Shown: positions 28,321 to 37,881 of the stretch, piece after piece
How positions within the stretch are numbered: position 1 is the first letter of the stretch
How the letters are laid out: every line of letters begins with the position of its first letter
Source of the DNA: Candidatus Heimdallarchaeota archaeon
GTDB taxonomy: Archaea; Asgardarchaeota; Heimdallarchaeia; Heimdallarchaeales; Heimdallarchaeaceae
Length of the DNA: 64,000 nt
Reading direction: 5' to 3'
NCBI GenBank assembly: GCA_018238545.1
Contig: JABCTC010000003.1
Coordinates: 32,001-96,000 of the forward strand
The notes under the pieces: model-generated
The model's input: the letters and a program-made list of their open reading frames with translations, nothing else
The model's database searches: none
Told to the model about the DNA's origin: nothing
Program-made: the position numbers and the translations under genes

Positions 28321-29779
28321 CGGGGGTAAGCAGATGACTCTGCTTTGTCTGTAGCCATTGGCTCAAGACAGGGAAAACACGAAAAGAACTGAGAGGGAAA
28401 TATTTTCCTGTAAGTTGATCTTTTATTGAAGTATACTTTGGTTGCAGAACATATTTGATCAGTCTTTTAGCTATATTCTTCGCTCCATTCAAGTCAGCAT
28501 TGAGGTTATACCCACAAGTCTGGCAGGTGAATGTAGGTTGGTTATGACGAGTAGTGAGATAGGAACCACAGCGAGAACAAGTAGAAGAAGTCCATGATTC
28601 ATTGATGGCTAGTATCCTGTGTTCTTCCCAGCCATTAAGTGAGAGCTTGAATTTGAGTAATTCTATCACTCTCCTATAATTCCATTTGTGGACACTTTTA
28701 CGTGTGCTCGGTTTTTGGTTTCCCCTATATTGACTCTTACGGATGTTATGGGGGAAACCTACTACCACATGGAGATCATACCTCTTTCCTAAGGAGAGAA
28801 TGTACTTGACAAGTTTGTTGACATAGGTATGGTCGGTTAGCTTATGTTCCGTTCTTTGTCTCTTTCGGAGTAGTTTAAGTTGATAAACAACTTGTTTTCT
28901 TTTTCCAAAACTCAAACTAGGTTTAGCTAGAACCTTTTGCAGTTTAGAGGTTTTTTGTTCAGTTTCCTTTAGCAGTTTTTTTCTTGTCTTATCAGACCAA
29001 AATCTGATCTCATGTTGGTTGATTGTTCCTTTCGGAGTTAGAAGCGCACTTACTGCACGTTTATTGATTCCTAGATCTATCCCCAGCACAGCTGGAGGAC
29101 GAGATGAAGAATATTTATCTGGAACATGAAGCAGGATGAAATGTACCCACCATTCCTTTTTCTTGGGAGAGTATAGTACTTCTAGAGCTTGTATTTTCCC
29201 TTGGTGGATTTTGTACTCGTGATAGGGTGAACAAGCCAGAGGTAACCATAGTTTCTCGTGATTGCGAGTGTTATTCTTCTTTGTATCTAAGGAGTCTCTT
29301 ATCCCCACCCACCATCGAGCGATGGAGTTTGAAGGAGTACAAGTAAGAACAAATCTCTTCTTATTCGCTGATTGTGTTCGTGGTATTTTCTTTGGTAAGG
29401 TTTTTTTTGTAGGGGAAGAGTTGAGTGCTTGTTGGCTGTGATAAATAGCTGTAGCATTGTCTCTACATTCTTGTAGTTCATCATGAGAGGAGCGAGGAAA
29501 GCGCCTCTTCAAATCATGTCTAACCTTAGGACGAGATGCATGTGTAGTATTTTTTGTTGTTGTCAAGGTAAGTTGATCTAGTTTAACTTTATTCACCTTT
29601 TTCTTCCCACTTTTTCCACTGATAAGGTGATCTTCATTATGGTAAATGACCTTAAGAAAATGGTGAATGGTTCTTGTATCTCTCCCTGTAATCTGTTCCA
29701 ACCTTCTCTGTTTACGAGCTGTGAGCACTTCTGTTTTAATTCTCGCTTTTACAGTTGTTCTCACTCTACTTCTCGTCAT
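28301..29779 (-). CDS. tnpB: TnpB-family RNA-guided endonuclease with rearranged RuvC-II
   Basis: LGIDLG, VVVGFP (no canonical Glu), INESWTSSTCSRCG, CQTCG, NADLNGAKNIA. Highly basic, 492 aa. Confidence 0.9.
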   Translation of the reverse strand: MTRSRVRTTVKARIKTEVLTARKQRRLEQITGRDTRTIHHFLKVIYHNEDHLISGKSGKKKVNKVKLDQLTLTTTKNTTHASRPKVRHDLKRRFPRSSHDELQECRDNATAIYHSQQALNSSPTKKTLPKKIPRTQSANKKRFVLTCTPSNSIARWWVGIRDSLDTKKNNTRNHEKLWLPLACSPYHEYKIHQGKIQALEVLYSPKKKEWWVHFILLHVPDKYSSSRPPAVLGIDLGINKRAVSALLTPKGTINQHEIRFWSDKTRKKLLKETEQKTSKLQKVLAKPSLSFGKRKQVVYQLKLLRKRQRTEHKLTDHTYVNKLVKYILSLGKRYDLHVVVGFPHNIRKSQYRGNQKPSTRKSVHKWNYRRVIELLKFKLSLNGWEEHRILAINESWTSSTCSRCGSYLTTRHNQPTFTCQTCGYNLNADLNGAKNIAKRLIKYVLQPKYTSIKDQLTGKYFPLSSFRVFPVLSQWLQTKQSHLLTPGAGVST

Positions 29780-29853
29780 TCAGGAATCATTACTTATAGT
29801 AGATTTTCCTATAAAAAGCTAACATTAATATGGGAAAATGGGTAGAAACTACC

Positions 29854-30126
29854 ATGGCTCACGATATAGTGTTAAAAGTTATCAAACAAGAAGGTAATTG
29901 TGCAGCTGGTCACAATGTTGGAGATGAAATCATTATAAGCTTCGAAAATAATGAAATCAAAGGTAAAATATGCCTCCATGCACTTTATTCTGTTTTCCCT
30001 AAAGTGTTTGCGATGGCTTATGGGGCAGAATTTCCTTGGCTAGAAGATGCTGATATATCAACTCATGCTTGTCCTGATGCTTGGAACCCTCTTGTTTATG
30101 AAGTAAAAAGAAAAAGGGAAAAGTAG
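29854..30126 (+). CDS. TIGR04076-family small Cys-rich protein
   Basis: GNCAAGHNVGD...KICLHAL...P...ACPD pattern. Likely start MAHDIV at 29854. Confidence 0.75.
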   Translation: MAHDIVLKVIKQEGNCAAGHNVGDEIIISFENNEIKGKICLHALYSVFPKVFAMAYGAEFPWLEDADISTHACPDAWNPLVYEVKRKREK

Positions 30127-30134
30127 GATAGTTA

Positions 30135-31055
30135 CTATATTATTAAGTAAACTATCTTGTCGACTATAAAGAGTGTTAAGAAAACTAGGAAGACTATTAG
30201 AAGTATTTCCTTTGTGGTATAAGCCCACTTAGGGCTCTGGTTTATCAAGATAGCTACAGCTAAGAACAACACTAACGCGATTACAAGATATCCAATTATT
30301 TGGCTTGCCAAGTAATGTAAACCGATAAAAACAGCTGTCCCCCCTCCTGCAAGTAGACAAAATAGAAAGAAGGATCCTATAATAGCAGCTTTTTTAACTC
30401 CAAATTTCACGGCTAATGTTCTAACTCCTGCATCTCTATCTCCTTCAACATCTGGTAAGCCTTTTATTATTTCTCTACCAATATTTCCAAGACCTGCTGC
30501 AGCTCCTACTATTATGGGTACATATTGGAACTCTCCACCATATACTAAATATGAGTGTAATGCACCATAAGCAAACAATGCAGTAACATTCATTCCTATT
30601 GTGGTATTCCCCCAAATTCCAAGTTTCTTTAGTTTAAAATCATAAAGGTCAAGAGAACCTCCAAATAGTATTACTGTTAATACACTCAAACCATACAAAC
30701 CGTTGATTACATCAATTACAACACCTGTAATTAATGCAAGAATAGCAACAATTACTCCATAAATATACGCCGCTTTAATAGATATTTTTCCGGAAGGTAT
30801 AGGTCTATGAGGTGCATTAGTTTTATCTTCTTCTATATCAGCTATATCATTGAAAATCATAGCTTGACAGGAAACAAGTGCCGCTGCTAGGACTACCAGA
30901 CCTAAACTTAGATAGTCGATGTTTGATACAGAGTCGGGAAGCGAAAGCACTAATCCGAATGCTGCTGCAGCTCCTGATACAATTCCATTGACTATTCTTA
31001 TAATAGTAAAATAGGAAAGTACAATTTGTCCTTTTGAAAATTGGGTTTTAGACAT
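30135..31055 (-). CDS. UbiA prenyltransferase, likely digeranylgeranylglyceryl-phosphate synthase (archaeal ether lipid synthesis)
   Basis: NDIADIEEDKTNAPHRPIPSGKIS and REIIKGLPDVEGDRDAGVRTLAV motifs, multiple TM helices. Confidence 0.85.
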   Translation of the reverse strand: MSKTQFSKGQIVLSYFTIIRIVNGIVSGAAAAFGLVLSLPDSVSNIDYLSLGLVVLAAALVSCQAMIFNDIADIEEDKTNAPHRPIPSGKISIKAAYIYGVIVAILALITGVVIDVINGLYGLSVLTVILFGGSLDLYDFKLKKLGIWGNTTIGMNVTALFAYGALHSYLVYGGEFQYVPIIVGAAAGLGNIGREIIKGLPDVEGDRDAGVRTLAVKFGVKKAAIIGSFFLFCLLAGGGTAVFIGLHYLASQIIGYLVIALVLFLAVAILINQSPKWAYTTKEILLIVFLVFLTLFIVDKIVYLII

Positions 31056-31310
31056 GATGCTATGATACCATCAAGTCAGATATAAAATTTACCTAGCATT
31101 CTTTCAATCAGCTAGCGTAATAGATAGTTCTATCTCTTTAAGATTCTTTTCGTCAACACCTTTAAGAGAGGTAATTAAAGCAAGGTTTAATTTCTTAAAT
31201 AATTGTTTAATGTAATTGTTCATCGGAACTTTTTCGTTATTAATTTTTAATAGAATCCTGTCTGTCATTTATGTCACTAATAACAATAAAAAAAAGAGTA
31301 TAATAAAAAG

Positions 31311-32108
31311 TTATTTTAGCTTGATAGTTGGGTTGGGGTCATCTTTTCCATGCATTTCGATATCAACAAGTCCTGCAGATTCTAGCATTTGTACATATCT
31401 TAGAATTGCATGAGTTGATGAACCGGTAGACATAGCTAATCTTTTCAGTTCAATTACTTTGTATTTTTCAAGAGTGCCAAGCCAGCTATAGGATGGATCA
31501 TTTTCTGCTATGATTGTATATCTTCTAACAGCTTCCTCTTTGTCTTTTAATTGATCTTTTATTTGATCTAATCTAGAAGATTCAGCTAGAAACTCATTAT
31601 GTTTGTTCTCAAGTGTTGCATTCTCGTCTTTAAGTTGCTCTAACTGTGCTTTAAGTTCAGTTGTAACACTTTCAGTCTCCGCTAAATTTTCTCTTAGCTT
31701 GTCTATTGTTTGCTGTTTTTCTTGAAACTCGTCTTTATCAGTTTCTACTTCTCTCTTGAAATTTCCAATTTCTGTTTCCTTTTGTAATAAGTCATTTTTT
31801 AATTGTTGAATCTCATTTTGGCTGTCTTCTTTCTCAGTTTGAAATTCGGAAATTTGTTGATTTAGAGCTGATATTTCTGTTTCTAGGTCAATCTTTTTAG
31901 TTTCTAGTTTCCCAAGAACAGCTGATTTTCCTTTAATGTCAGTTAGCTCTTCAATGAGAGAATTGTTTTTGGTTTCTAATTCTCCGTTTTTTGTTTCAAG
32001 TTCTTCTATCTTTTTCTCAAGATTCTGAACTGTATTTTCTAATTCTGTAATTTTAATTGCGTCACTAACTGAAATACTTCCATTTTCTTCTGCCAAATAA
32101 ATCACCAT
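31311..32108 (-). CDS. Long coiled-coil protein with C-terminal winged-helix domain
   Basis: Heptad-rich aa 15-200, then LKRLAMSTGSSTHAILRYVQMLESAGLVDIE (wHTH-like). Confidence 0.65.
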   Translation of the reverse strand: MVIYLAEENGSISVSDAIKITELENTVQNLEKKIEELETKNGELETKNNSLIEELTDIKGKSAVLGKLETKKIDLETEISALNQQISEFQTEKEDSQNEIQQLKNDLLQKETEIGNFKREVETDKDEFQEKQQTIDKLRENLAETESVTTELKAQLEQLKDENATLENKHNEFLAESSRLDQIKDQLKDKEEAVRRYTIIAENDPSYSWLGTLEKYKVIELKRLAMSTGSSTHAILRYVQMLESAGLVDIEMHGKDDPNPTIKLK

Positions 32109-32174
32109 GTTATTGAAAGAATCTTAATTCTAACAAAAATATCTGAATCGAATTACTTAAACCTTGTGACTTTC

Positions 32175-33287
32175 CTAGTCAATTTCAGCTACATCAGCTA
32201 TCCCGTCATTTGTTATTGCAAATATGGTTTCAATTTCTGGTATGTGGGGACTATCTATTACTCTAGCAATCCTTTTTTCTCCTTTTCCTTTTCGTAGGAA
32301 AACACGTGTTGTGCATGAATGAGCGACTATATTTCCACCAATTGGAAAAATTGTTTCACCATATAGAACGTCGGGTTTTGAGAGTACTTGGTTGGTTGCA
32401 ACTATTGCTATGTCATAAACTTCTGCAAAACGTAACAGTTGATGTAAGTATTTGTTTAATTTTTGTTGTCTTTCAAGTAGCGATCCTCTACCTGTATACT
32501 CAGCTCTGAAATGGCTAGTGAGAGAATCAATAATCATCAATTTAACATTATTTTCTTTAATTAATTTAGGACTTTCAAGCAGCAAAACCATTTGATGATC
32601 AGAATTATACGCTCTTCCAACATGTATTCTGCTCAAAACTTCTTCTGCTGGGGCACCAAATTTGTTGCACATTTGAATTACCCTTTCAGGTCTGAAGGTC
32701 CCTTCAGTATCAATATAAATTGCACTTGAACCTAACCCGCCATATTTTTTATCCATAGCAGTCATAACACATAATTGAAAGCAAATTTGTGTTTTACCCG
32801 TTCGGAATTCGCCAGAGATTTCTGTTAATGAACTTGTCTCGACTCCTCCAGCGAGTAATGTGTCAAGAGATTTGCTTCCAGTGGGAATTTTAACCAATTT
32901 TTGTCGAGTTTCAAGTAGAATTTTAGCGCTTTGAAATCCAATGCCCATCTGACTTCTCGCAGCTGTTATTAACCTCTTTGCGGTTTGTTCTCCAATTTCG
33001 CAGTGCTCTACTAGTTCCATAGGTGATGCATGACCGACCGCAGCTAAAGTTAAGTAACCAGAAGTTATCAGTTTTTCCGCTATTGCAGGACCTATGCCCG
33101 GAATCTGATTGACAGCTATGTCACTAAGATCCTGTTTTTTTGGTTTTTTTGGAGTTGATTTCATTTGTTTAGGAATGATATCTTTAATCCAATCCTCTTC
33201 TTTTTTGTCACTCGCTCTTTTAATAGATGACTTCTTAGCTGTTGTGATTTTTTTTGCATTTTCTGGAGCATTTTCTTTCTTTGACAT
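32175..33287 (-). CDS. radA: DNA repair and recombination protein RadA
   Basis: HhH N-domain (IPGIGPAIAEKL), GEFRTGKTQ Walker A, YIDTEGTFRPER, IIDSLTSHFRAEY, PIGGNIVAH. Confidence 0.97.
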   Translation of the reverse strand: MSKKENAPENAKKITTAKKSSIKRASDKKEEDWIKDIIPKQMKSTPKKPKKQDLSDIAVNQIPGIGPAIAEKLITSGYLTLAAVGHASPMELVEHCEIGEQTAKRLITAARSQMGIGFQSAKILLETRQKLVKIPTGSKSLDTLLAGGVETSSLTEISGEFRTGKTQICFQLCVMTAMDKKYGGLGSSAIYIDTEGTFRPERVIQMCNKFGAPAEEVLSRIHVGRAYNSDHQMVLLLESPKLIKENNVKLMIIDSLTSHFRAEYTGRGSLLERQQKLNKYLHQLLRFAEVYDIAIVATNQVLSKPDVLYGETIFPIGGNIVAHSCTTRVFLRKGKGEKRIARVIDSPHIPEIETIFAITNDGIADVAEID

Positions 33288-33389
33288 ATTTTCACTTTCT
33301 ATTCTCGCTATTAGACAATTTTGTTTTTAATATATAAAAAATGCTGTTACCATATGGTTTTTGCTACTAAACTGAAACTAATATTGCAA

Positions 33390-33866
33390 TTATCGCTCAT
33401 TTTGATATGTTCCAGAATAACCTTTCTCTGTTTCTTTTTGAGTTTTGATGAACATAATCTGTGCAATTCGTGCATTTTTGTGAAAAGTTATTTCTGAATA
33501 AGTTATCATTAATCCTATCCCTCTTCCCTTATATCCAGAATCCCAGACAGCTGAACACAAAGTCCCTCCTGTCCTCATGAGACTAGACCGAGGTAGAACT
33601 ATTCCAACTGCATCCAAAGGAACTTCCACAATTTCATTATATCTGACGAGATACCCACCCGCTTGAAGCTTCCATTTATCATTAATTGGTTTAATAGTTT
33701 CATGATCGGGAATCTTTCTGCTCGAGTTATCAAAATCTATCTCACCACCATCACTTAGTTTCATGATATCACGAATAGTCAAATCGAAACCAGCTATTTG
33801 GGTTTGCAATTTAGCATCGATATATTCTTTGATGATGTTATTCGAAAAAGGGGGAAGAAATACCAT
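33390..33866 (-). CDS. Trimeric dUTPase / dCTP-deaminase family
   Basis: AGFDLT, PRSSLMR, AVWDSGYKG, ARIAQ, GYSGTYQ. Confidence 0.88.
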   Translation of the reverse strand: MVFLPPFSNNIIKEYIDAKLQTQIAGFDLTIRDIMKLSDGGEIDFDNSSRKIPDHETIKPINDKWKLQAGGYLVRYNEIVEVPLDAVGIVLPRSSLMRTGGTLCSAVWDSGYKGRGIGLMITYSEITFHKNARIAQIMFIKTQKETEKGYSGTYQNER

Positions 33867-33914
33867 GGCATAGTATTTAGTTAATTATGGTTTTTAACCT
33901 TTTCACTATTAAAA

Positions 33915-34826
33915 TCATAATTGGAACATTCTTGCAACAAGCTTCTTTCTACAATTTGGGCATTGAGGCTTAACCTTTATCCATTCTACAATATGAGCAT
34001 AATGTGATGGTATCTCACAGAACGGACATCGCACGAAACTTTCTCCAGCTTTTATTGGTGACATACACACACTGCATCTCTCATCTAAATCGGTTGTAGC
34101 AACTTTCAGTGGTTGAGTTCCTCTAAAAACTTGTTGTGGTTCAGGTTCTTCTTCTACCTCAATTTTTTCAATAACTTCTGAAGCTATAACTTCAAGTTCT
34201 TCAAGACTTTTTTGGGTTTCTAAAGTTTCATCTACTGTGGCTGTTGCTTCAATTTGTGTTACTTCAACTGTACCTGATGGTGCTATATCTGCGATGGATT
34301 TTCCAATAGTTGCTAAAACAGCATTTGCTTCGTCGGTTAAATCTTTCTCATAGAGAATCATTGCAGATATTTCAGTTTCTCCACTGTCAAAGAAATAACG
34401 TGATAGATTTCTAACCATTTCTTCTTCTCGTTCAGGAGCATATCGGGTTATAATCTGCAAAGCATCTTGAACAAATTCTCCCCCTTTTGCTGCAACAGAT
34501 TTGCTTGCTCCGAAGATTCTACCAGTTTTTAGATATTCTTCCTTAGCTCTATCATACATGCCAGCTCTAAAATATTCATCAGCACTAGCATAAGCTGCTC
34601 GAGATTCTACTTGAGTTCTAGCATAAGGTGAAGCAGTTGATCTGGACCTGGATGACTGCGTAGAGGATCTATATGGTTGTACTGTCTGTTCTACTAAATC
34701 TCGATAGGGGCGATATCTCTTCTTTGGTGTTCTTTTCTTCTTTTTTCCTTTGATAGCAGCTCTTGCTGCCACTATAAGAGATATTGATATAAACACCAGA
34801 AATAATAGAAGTCCCAAATCAGCCAT
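33915..34826 (-). CDS. Membrane-anchored protein with short alpha-solenoid and C-terminal RING finger (putative E3 ligase)
   Basis: N-terminal TM plus basic stop-transfer, ADEYFRAGMYDRAKEEYLKTG helical repeat, CSVC-x12-CPFC-x4-H-x2-H...W...CPNC. Confidence 0.75.
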   Translation of the reverse strand: MADLGLLLFLVFISISLIVAARAAIKGKKKKRTPKKRYRPYRDLVEQTVQPYRSSTQSSRSRSTASPYARTQVESRAAYASADEYFRAGMYDRAKEEYLKTGRIFGASKSVAAKGGEFVQDALQIITRYAPEREEEMVRNLSRYFFDSGETEISAMILYEKDLTDEANAVLATIGKSIADIAPSGTVEVTQIEATATVDETLETQKSLEELEVIASEVIEKIEVEEEPEPQQVFRGTQPLKVATTDLDERCSVCMSPIKAGESFVRCPFCEIPSHYAHIVEWIKVKPQCPNCRKKLVARMFQL

Positions 34827-34832
34827 ATTTTA

Positions 34833-36548
34833 TCAACCATGAATATAATTCATTTTTATTTTTTCGTTAATTTGATTAACTTTTGCATATCCGAAACGCT
34901 CAAGTTGAATTATTTCTCCAACTTCGAGCTTTTTAAGGTTTATCTCACCATAGCCTTGTATTTTCTTCAAGCTATTCTTATCTATTCGATTATTTAAATA
35001 TAACATTTCGGGCTTAATGATTTCGACAGGAATATATTCAGAAACCCATTGAATTCGTGGAGCGTCTGATAATAATGCATGTCCATGAAACTCTGCTAGA
35101 TATTCATTCTGAGATACTTCTTCTGCGATTTTAATGTTATACAAATCTTTCAAACGAAGTATCTTACCCTTCTTTAACAATCCTCTATCATCTCCACTTA
35201 AGTAAACAATATCTTTGACATTAACCTTCCTTTTTCCCAAAGAATCTTTCTTTGGGTGATAGGACATTTCTACTTCTTGGGCATCAACATTTGCTATTTT
35301 AACCTTAATTGGATCTTGAACAAAGAATAAGTGTTTTGAAGTTGGTTCAACGAAATTTCTGTTAATTGAGAATATTAAAGACCAGTCTATACTTGTAGCT
35401 GATTTAGTTGCTCCTATTCTTTTAATAATCTCTAGAAAAACTTCGGGTTGGATTCCTCGTTTCTTTAACGCTTGATAGGTTACTAATCTATAATCATCCC
35501 AGCCAGTTACAATTCCCTTCTCAACTAATTCTCTTATTATTCTGCCTTGAGTAGGCGCACCGATGATTTTAAACCTTCTATATTCTGTAAAATTTGGTGG
35601 AATGATTTCTAATTTTTTCGAAATTAAACTTTGAAGTTCTTCTCTCATTTTACCAAATTCACTACTACGTAAAATATGCGTTACTCCAGTGATATTTTCC
35701 ATAATTGGTGATTCAAAGTCATACATAGGCCAAACTCTATATTTATTCCCATGTATTGCATGCGGTACCGTTGATATTCTTAGCAGAACTGGATCTCGAA
35801 GAACATGATTCTTTGATTCCATATCTCCTCGCAATCTAACTATAGCTTCTCCTTCTGCATACTCTCCCTTTAGCATTTTATTGAAAAGATCTAAATTGAT
35901 TTCATCAGTATTTTCAGTGTTGCAGGAACACTTCTTACCTTGTTCTCTATATCTTGACATTAATTCTCGGGAACATCTGCAAACATAAGCATCATTATTT
36001 TTTAGTAATTCCTCAGCTTTAGTGTAGTAAAGTTCCATGTAATCAGAAGCGCGAACCTCTTCATCAATCTTTAAACCCATCCAAAGAATAGCTTCTCTAA
36101 AACTATCATAGAATTCTTTTCCCACTTTCCCTGGGTTAGTATCATCAAACCTCAGAATGCGCTTCCCTCCAAATCTCTCAGCAATAAGGTGATTTATGCA
36201 GAAAGATAGCATTTGTCCTATGTGAGGGTGTTTGGAAGGTTCAGGAGGATATCTAACTACAACTTTTCCTTGCTGTACATTTGTAAGCGGTGGGAGAAAA
36301 TCTCTCTCCTTTTTCTCTTCGATTATTTCTTTAGGATACTTTTCTTTTGCTATTCTCTCGATTTCTTCTCGAGGGAGAGCATTAATCTTCTTTATCATTG
36401 GATCTAACATAGCTTTTACTTCTTTAGCCTGTTTTCTTAATTCAGGGTAATAAGACATGATTTTTTGAAAAACTATTTTAGATTCTGCGGTACCGTATTT
36501 GTATGCATTGATCAAAGTTTCTTTGTAAATAATATCCTTAGCATTCAT
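34833..36548 (-). CDS. gltX: Glutamate--tRNA ligase (archaeal type)
   Basis: RYPPEPS.HPHIGQ (HIGH), LRFDDTNP, YVCRC, RDPVLLR, WPMYDF, GVTHILR, GWDDYRL, QLERFGY. Confidence 0.95.
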   Translation of the reverse strand: MNAKDIIYKETLINAYKYGTAESKIVFQKIMSYYPELRKQAKEVKAMLDPMIKKINALPREEIERIAKEKYPKEIIEEKKERDFLPPLTNVQQGKVVVRYPPEPSKHPHIGQMLSFCINHLIAERFGGKRILRFDDTNPGKVGKEFYDSFREAILWMGLKIDEEVRASDYMELYYTKAEELLKNNDAYVCRCSRELMSRYREQGKKCSCNTENTDEINLDLFNKMLKGEYAEGEAIVRLRGDMESKNHVLRDPVLLRISTVPHAIHGNKYRVWPMYDFESPIMENITGVTHILRSSEFGKMREELQSLISKKLEIIPPNFTEYRRFKIIGAPTQGRIIRELVEKGIVTGWDDYRLVTYQALKKRGIQPEVFLEIIKRIGATKSATSIDWSLIFSINRNFVEPTSKHLFFVQDPIKVKIANVDAQEVEMSYHPKKDSLGKRKVNVKDIVYLSGDDRGLLKKGKILRLKDLYNIKIAEEVSQNEYLAEFHGHALLSDAPRIQWVSEYIPVEIIKPEMLYLNNRIDKNSLKKIQGYGEINLKKLEVGEIIQLERFGYAKVNQINEKIKMNYIHG

Positions 36549-36661
36549 TGGTATGTAAATCGTAGGTTATTTCAAGTTTAAATATTTGATTATCGTGAAT
36601 AACTTTGAGTATTAAATAGCATGCTACTTTAAACTCAAGTTGAAAACTAAATTTACAGATT

Positions 36662-37009
36662 CTAAGAAATCAAACCTGTAGGATAGATAGCTAATTGTTC
36701 TTTTTCTAGAATCTTTTCATTTTCTCTTAGTATATTTAATTGACTGACGATTTTTCTACTGATTCTAATTTGATGTTTATCTATTTGTATTTTAGAACAA
36801 AGTAATCCAAGATTGCATGATCCTTTACCAAAATAATCTTCTTTTTTAGTATCATAGTAAAGAGACCCCCCTTTACTGGGACAATTACAAATCTCCAAAA
36901 ATATAGGGGAGTTGTTGTAACCATGGTGTGTCTTAATTTTAGCAATAGCTTTTTCCAACTTGAAACTAAGAAATGTGTCCTTGGTACTCATATTATTCAG
37001 TATACACAA
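36662..37009 (-). CDS. Hypothetical Cys-containing protein
   Basis: 115-aa ORF filling an otherwise empty intergenic space, with CNC and C-x5-C. No family recognised. Confidence 0.4.
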   Translation of the reverse strand: MCILNNMSTKDTFLSFKLEKAIAKIKTHHGYNNSPIFLEICNCPSKGGSLYYDTKKEDYFGKGSCNLGLLCSKIQIDKHQIRISRKIVSQLNILRENEKILEKEQLAIYPTGLIS

Positions 37010-37150
37010 TTATTTGTACAATATGTCCTTTTGTAATATCCAGAAATTATACTTGTCATGTCCCAGATAAATTTGAGATATCATCTAGGTAAAACTTCAC
37101 TCATTCTATTTTCATGGGTAAACTATTAAAATCCATTCGAACATAAGCAT

Positions 37151-37873
37151 TTGAGGGTACCTAAATTGTGGTTTGCAAAAATATCTGGTGTTACAAATTT
37201 CGATGCTGCTCTATCTATCGATGTATCTTCGGAATTTGCAATTGGCGTTATAGTCGATGATATATCTGATGTTAGGTCAATTAGCAAGTTTGATGCAAGA
37301 CGAATATTTGCGAATATAGAACACTGTGTGAAGATTGCTCAAGTTGCGCCTAGCTCTCTTGACGAAATATTTGATATGTTTGAAACATGCCAACCAAACA
37401 TGATTCAAATAAATGGAGATTTTTTCAACGACATGAATAACCTAATTTCTTTACAATCTATTGCAACAGTCCCGATTATTGGTTCCATCTTTCTCGATAA
37501 AGAAACTTTAGAATCTAACATTATCAATCCTTCACCTCTATCAGCTGCCCAAGAAATAGCACCTTTTGTTTCAGTAGTTAACATCAATCTCCCACTAGGT
37601 TCGTCGTGGAGTTCACAGAAGAAAAAAGCAGAAGTAGTTGATTTAGTAACCAGTATCAAAAACTCGATTGACAAACCATTGATTATAGGTGGGGGATTAA
37701 ATTCATCAAATGTAGGGAAGATTATCTCTGAATTAACGCCCAATGCAATCGATATTTCATCTGGGGTTGAAAAAGTGTCAGGCATAAAAGATCCTGCACT
37801 AATGCAAGATTTCCTTGATACCGTCTTTGATTACAAGACATTTCTCTTAGGTGTATGGGCACCACAAAAATAG
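37151..37873 (+). CDS. Phosphoribosylanthranilate isomerase (TrpF)-like TIM-barrel protein, divergent
   Basis: AKISGVTN (~VKICGIT), MIQING (~VQLHG), IIGGGLNSSNV, AIDISSGVE, GIKDPALM. Confidence 0.75.
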   Translation: MRVPKLWFAKISGVTNFDAALSIDVSSEFAIGVIVDDISDVRSISKFDARRIFANIEHCVKIAQVAPSSLDEIFDMFETCQPNMIQINGDFFNDMNNLISLQSIATVPIIGSIFLDKETLESNIINPSPLSAAQEIAPFVSVVNINLPLGSSWSSQKKKAEVVDLVTSIKNSIDKPLIIGGGLNSSNVGKIISELTPNAIDISSGVEKVSGIKDPALMQDFLDTVFDYKTFLLGVWAPQK

Positions 37874-37881
37874 GCATTATT

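Larger units (their letters stand above)
28084..29840 (-). mobile_element. Solo-TnpB (IS200/IS605-like) element, copy 2, no tnpA
   Basis: Full tnpB. Right end at 28084 is defined by divergence from copy 1. Candidate left-end hairpin ATTTTCCTATA...TATGGGAAAAT at 29803-29839 (left boundary uncertain). Confidence 0.75.

Noticed and set aside
28301-29779. Nuclease-dead TnpB (TldR-like repressor) or Cas12f
   Set aside because: An alternative Glu (ESWTS) and both Asps are present, the element is multicopy with variable flanks, and there is no CRISPR array or cas gene in the window.
29299-29845. Short ORFs near tnpB as a TnpA transposase
   Set aside because: No HUH/Y1 or serine-recombinase motifs; they overlap tnpB.
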